DNA from: Octopus sinensis
Lineage: Eukaryota
NCBI RefSeq assembly: GCF_006345805.1
Contig: NC_043012.1
Span: forward strand, 37,138,001-37,202,000
Direction: 5' to 3'
DNA length: 64,000 nt
The notes under the pieces were generated by a model. It did not search any database and was not told where the DNA came from. It worked only from the letters and a program-made list of their open reading frames with translations. Below, one piece after another: positions 63,496 through 64,000 of the stretch (its first letter is position 1; each line of letters opens with the position of its first letter). Both the position numbers and the translations under genes were made by a program.

Positions 63496-63770
63496 AGATC
63501 TGGGCTTCATATGTTTCATAGCGAGCGGAAGCTCGGAAGTGGTAAATATCCATTGTTGCAAGGAGGTAGATGATAACACATGGAAGATCCAATCAGAATG
63601 TGATTCTGATTGGATCTTTCAGGTGTTAACATCTACCTGCTTGCTACAATGTAAACTTCCATTTAATCAAGATATCCTTGGCCTGAAGAGTAGCCAGTGG
63701 TACACACCCCACTTGGATATTTACCACTTCTGAGCTTCTGCTCGCTATGGAACATATGTAGCCTGGATTT
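63496..63770. repeat. Long fold-back hairpin (~100-bp stem, 3-nt loop, 63-nt one-sided insert)
   Basis: 63503-63552 pairs with 63714-63763; 63552-63579 with 63623-63650; 63581-63599 with 63603-63621. Confidence 0.92.
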
Positions 63771-64000
63771 TTTTCTACTTCGTTCCTTAACACACACACA
63801 CACACCCACCCGCCACCATTTTAACATCTATTTTCCCAAGCTTCCAAAGGGTCAGACGGAATTCACCAAGGCAGATTTCTCTTCATGGCTGGATCCGCTT
63901 CATGCTGCCAGACCTCACCTTATTCCCAAGAGCGTTAATAGTTTTCTAAAGCCAAGCATGTTTCTACAGAAAACCGGGGGGGGGGGAGAATGACACTGCT

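Noticed and set aside
63651-63713. CTGAAGAG within the hairpin insert
   Set aside because: No downstream GAAA half-core.

Overview
This is repeat-dense, AT-rich animal non-coding DNA (intronic or intergenic). The SINE families and microsatellite load resemble an octopus/coleoid cephalopod genome; that attribution is from recall, not a search. I could not support any intact host protein-coding exon. Nearly all supplied ORFs are translations of (CA)n, (TA)n, (CAC/CAT)n, (ATAG)n or (GA)n microsatellites, or of SINEs. Recognisable coding remnants are all degenerate: a processed RPS15A pseudogene, four fragments of R4/Dong-like RLE non-LTR retrotransposons, an RTE LINE 3' end, a Penelope-like element and a mariner 3' end. 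Also present are at least four tRNA-derived SINE families, hAT-, piggyBac- and Helentron-like non-autonomous elements, fold-back palindromes and minisatellites. The most interesting signal is a set of about 11 hammerhead-ribozyme (HHR) motifs of the Penelope/type I kind in several unrelated short elements. They include one complete type I HHR (14138-14203, minus) and a two-copy, TSD-flanked, tRNA-headed SINE carrying an HHR in its 3' tail (48777-49031 and 58510-58766). Two other notable structures are a 1.3-kb minisatellite apparently amplified from the end of a hAT-like element and a ~270-300 nt fold-back hairpin near 63.5 kb.
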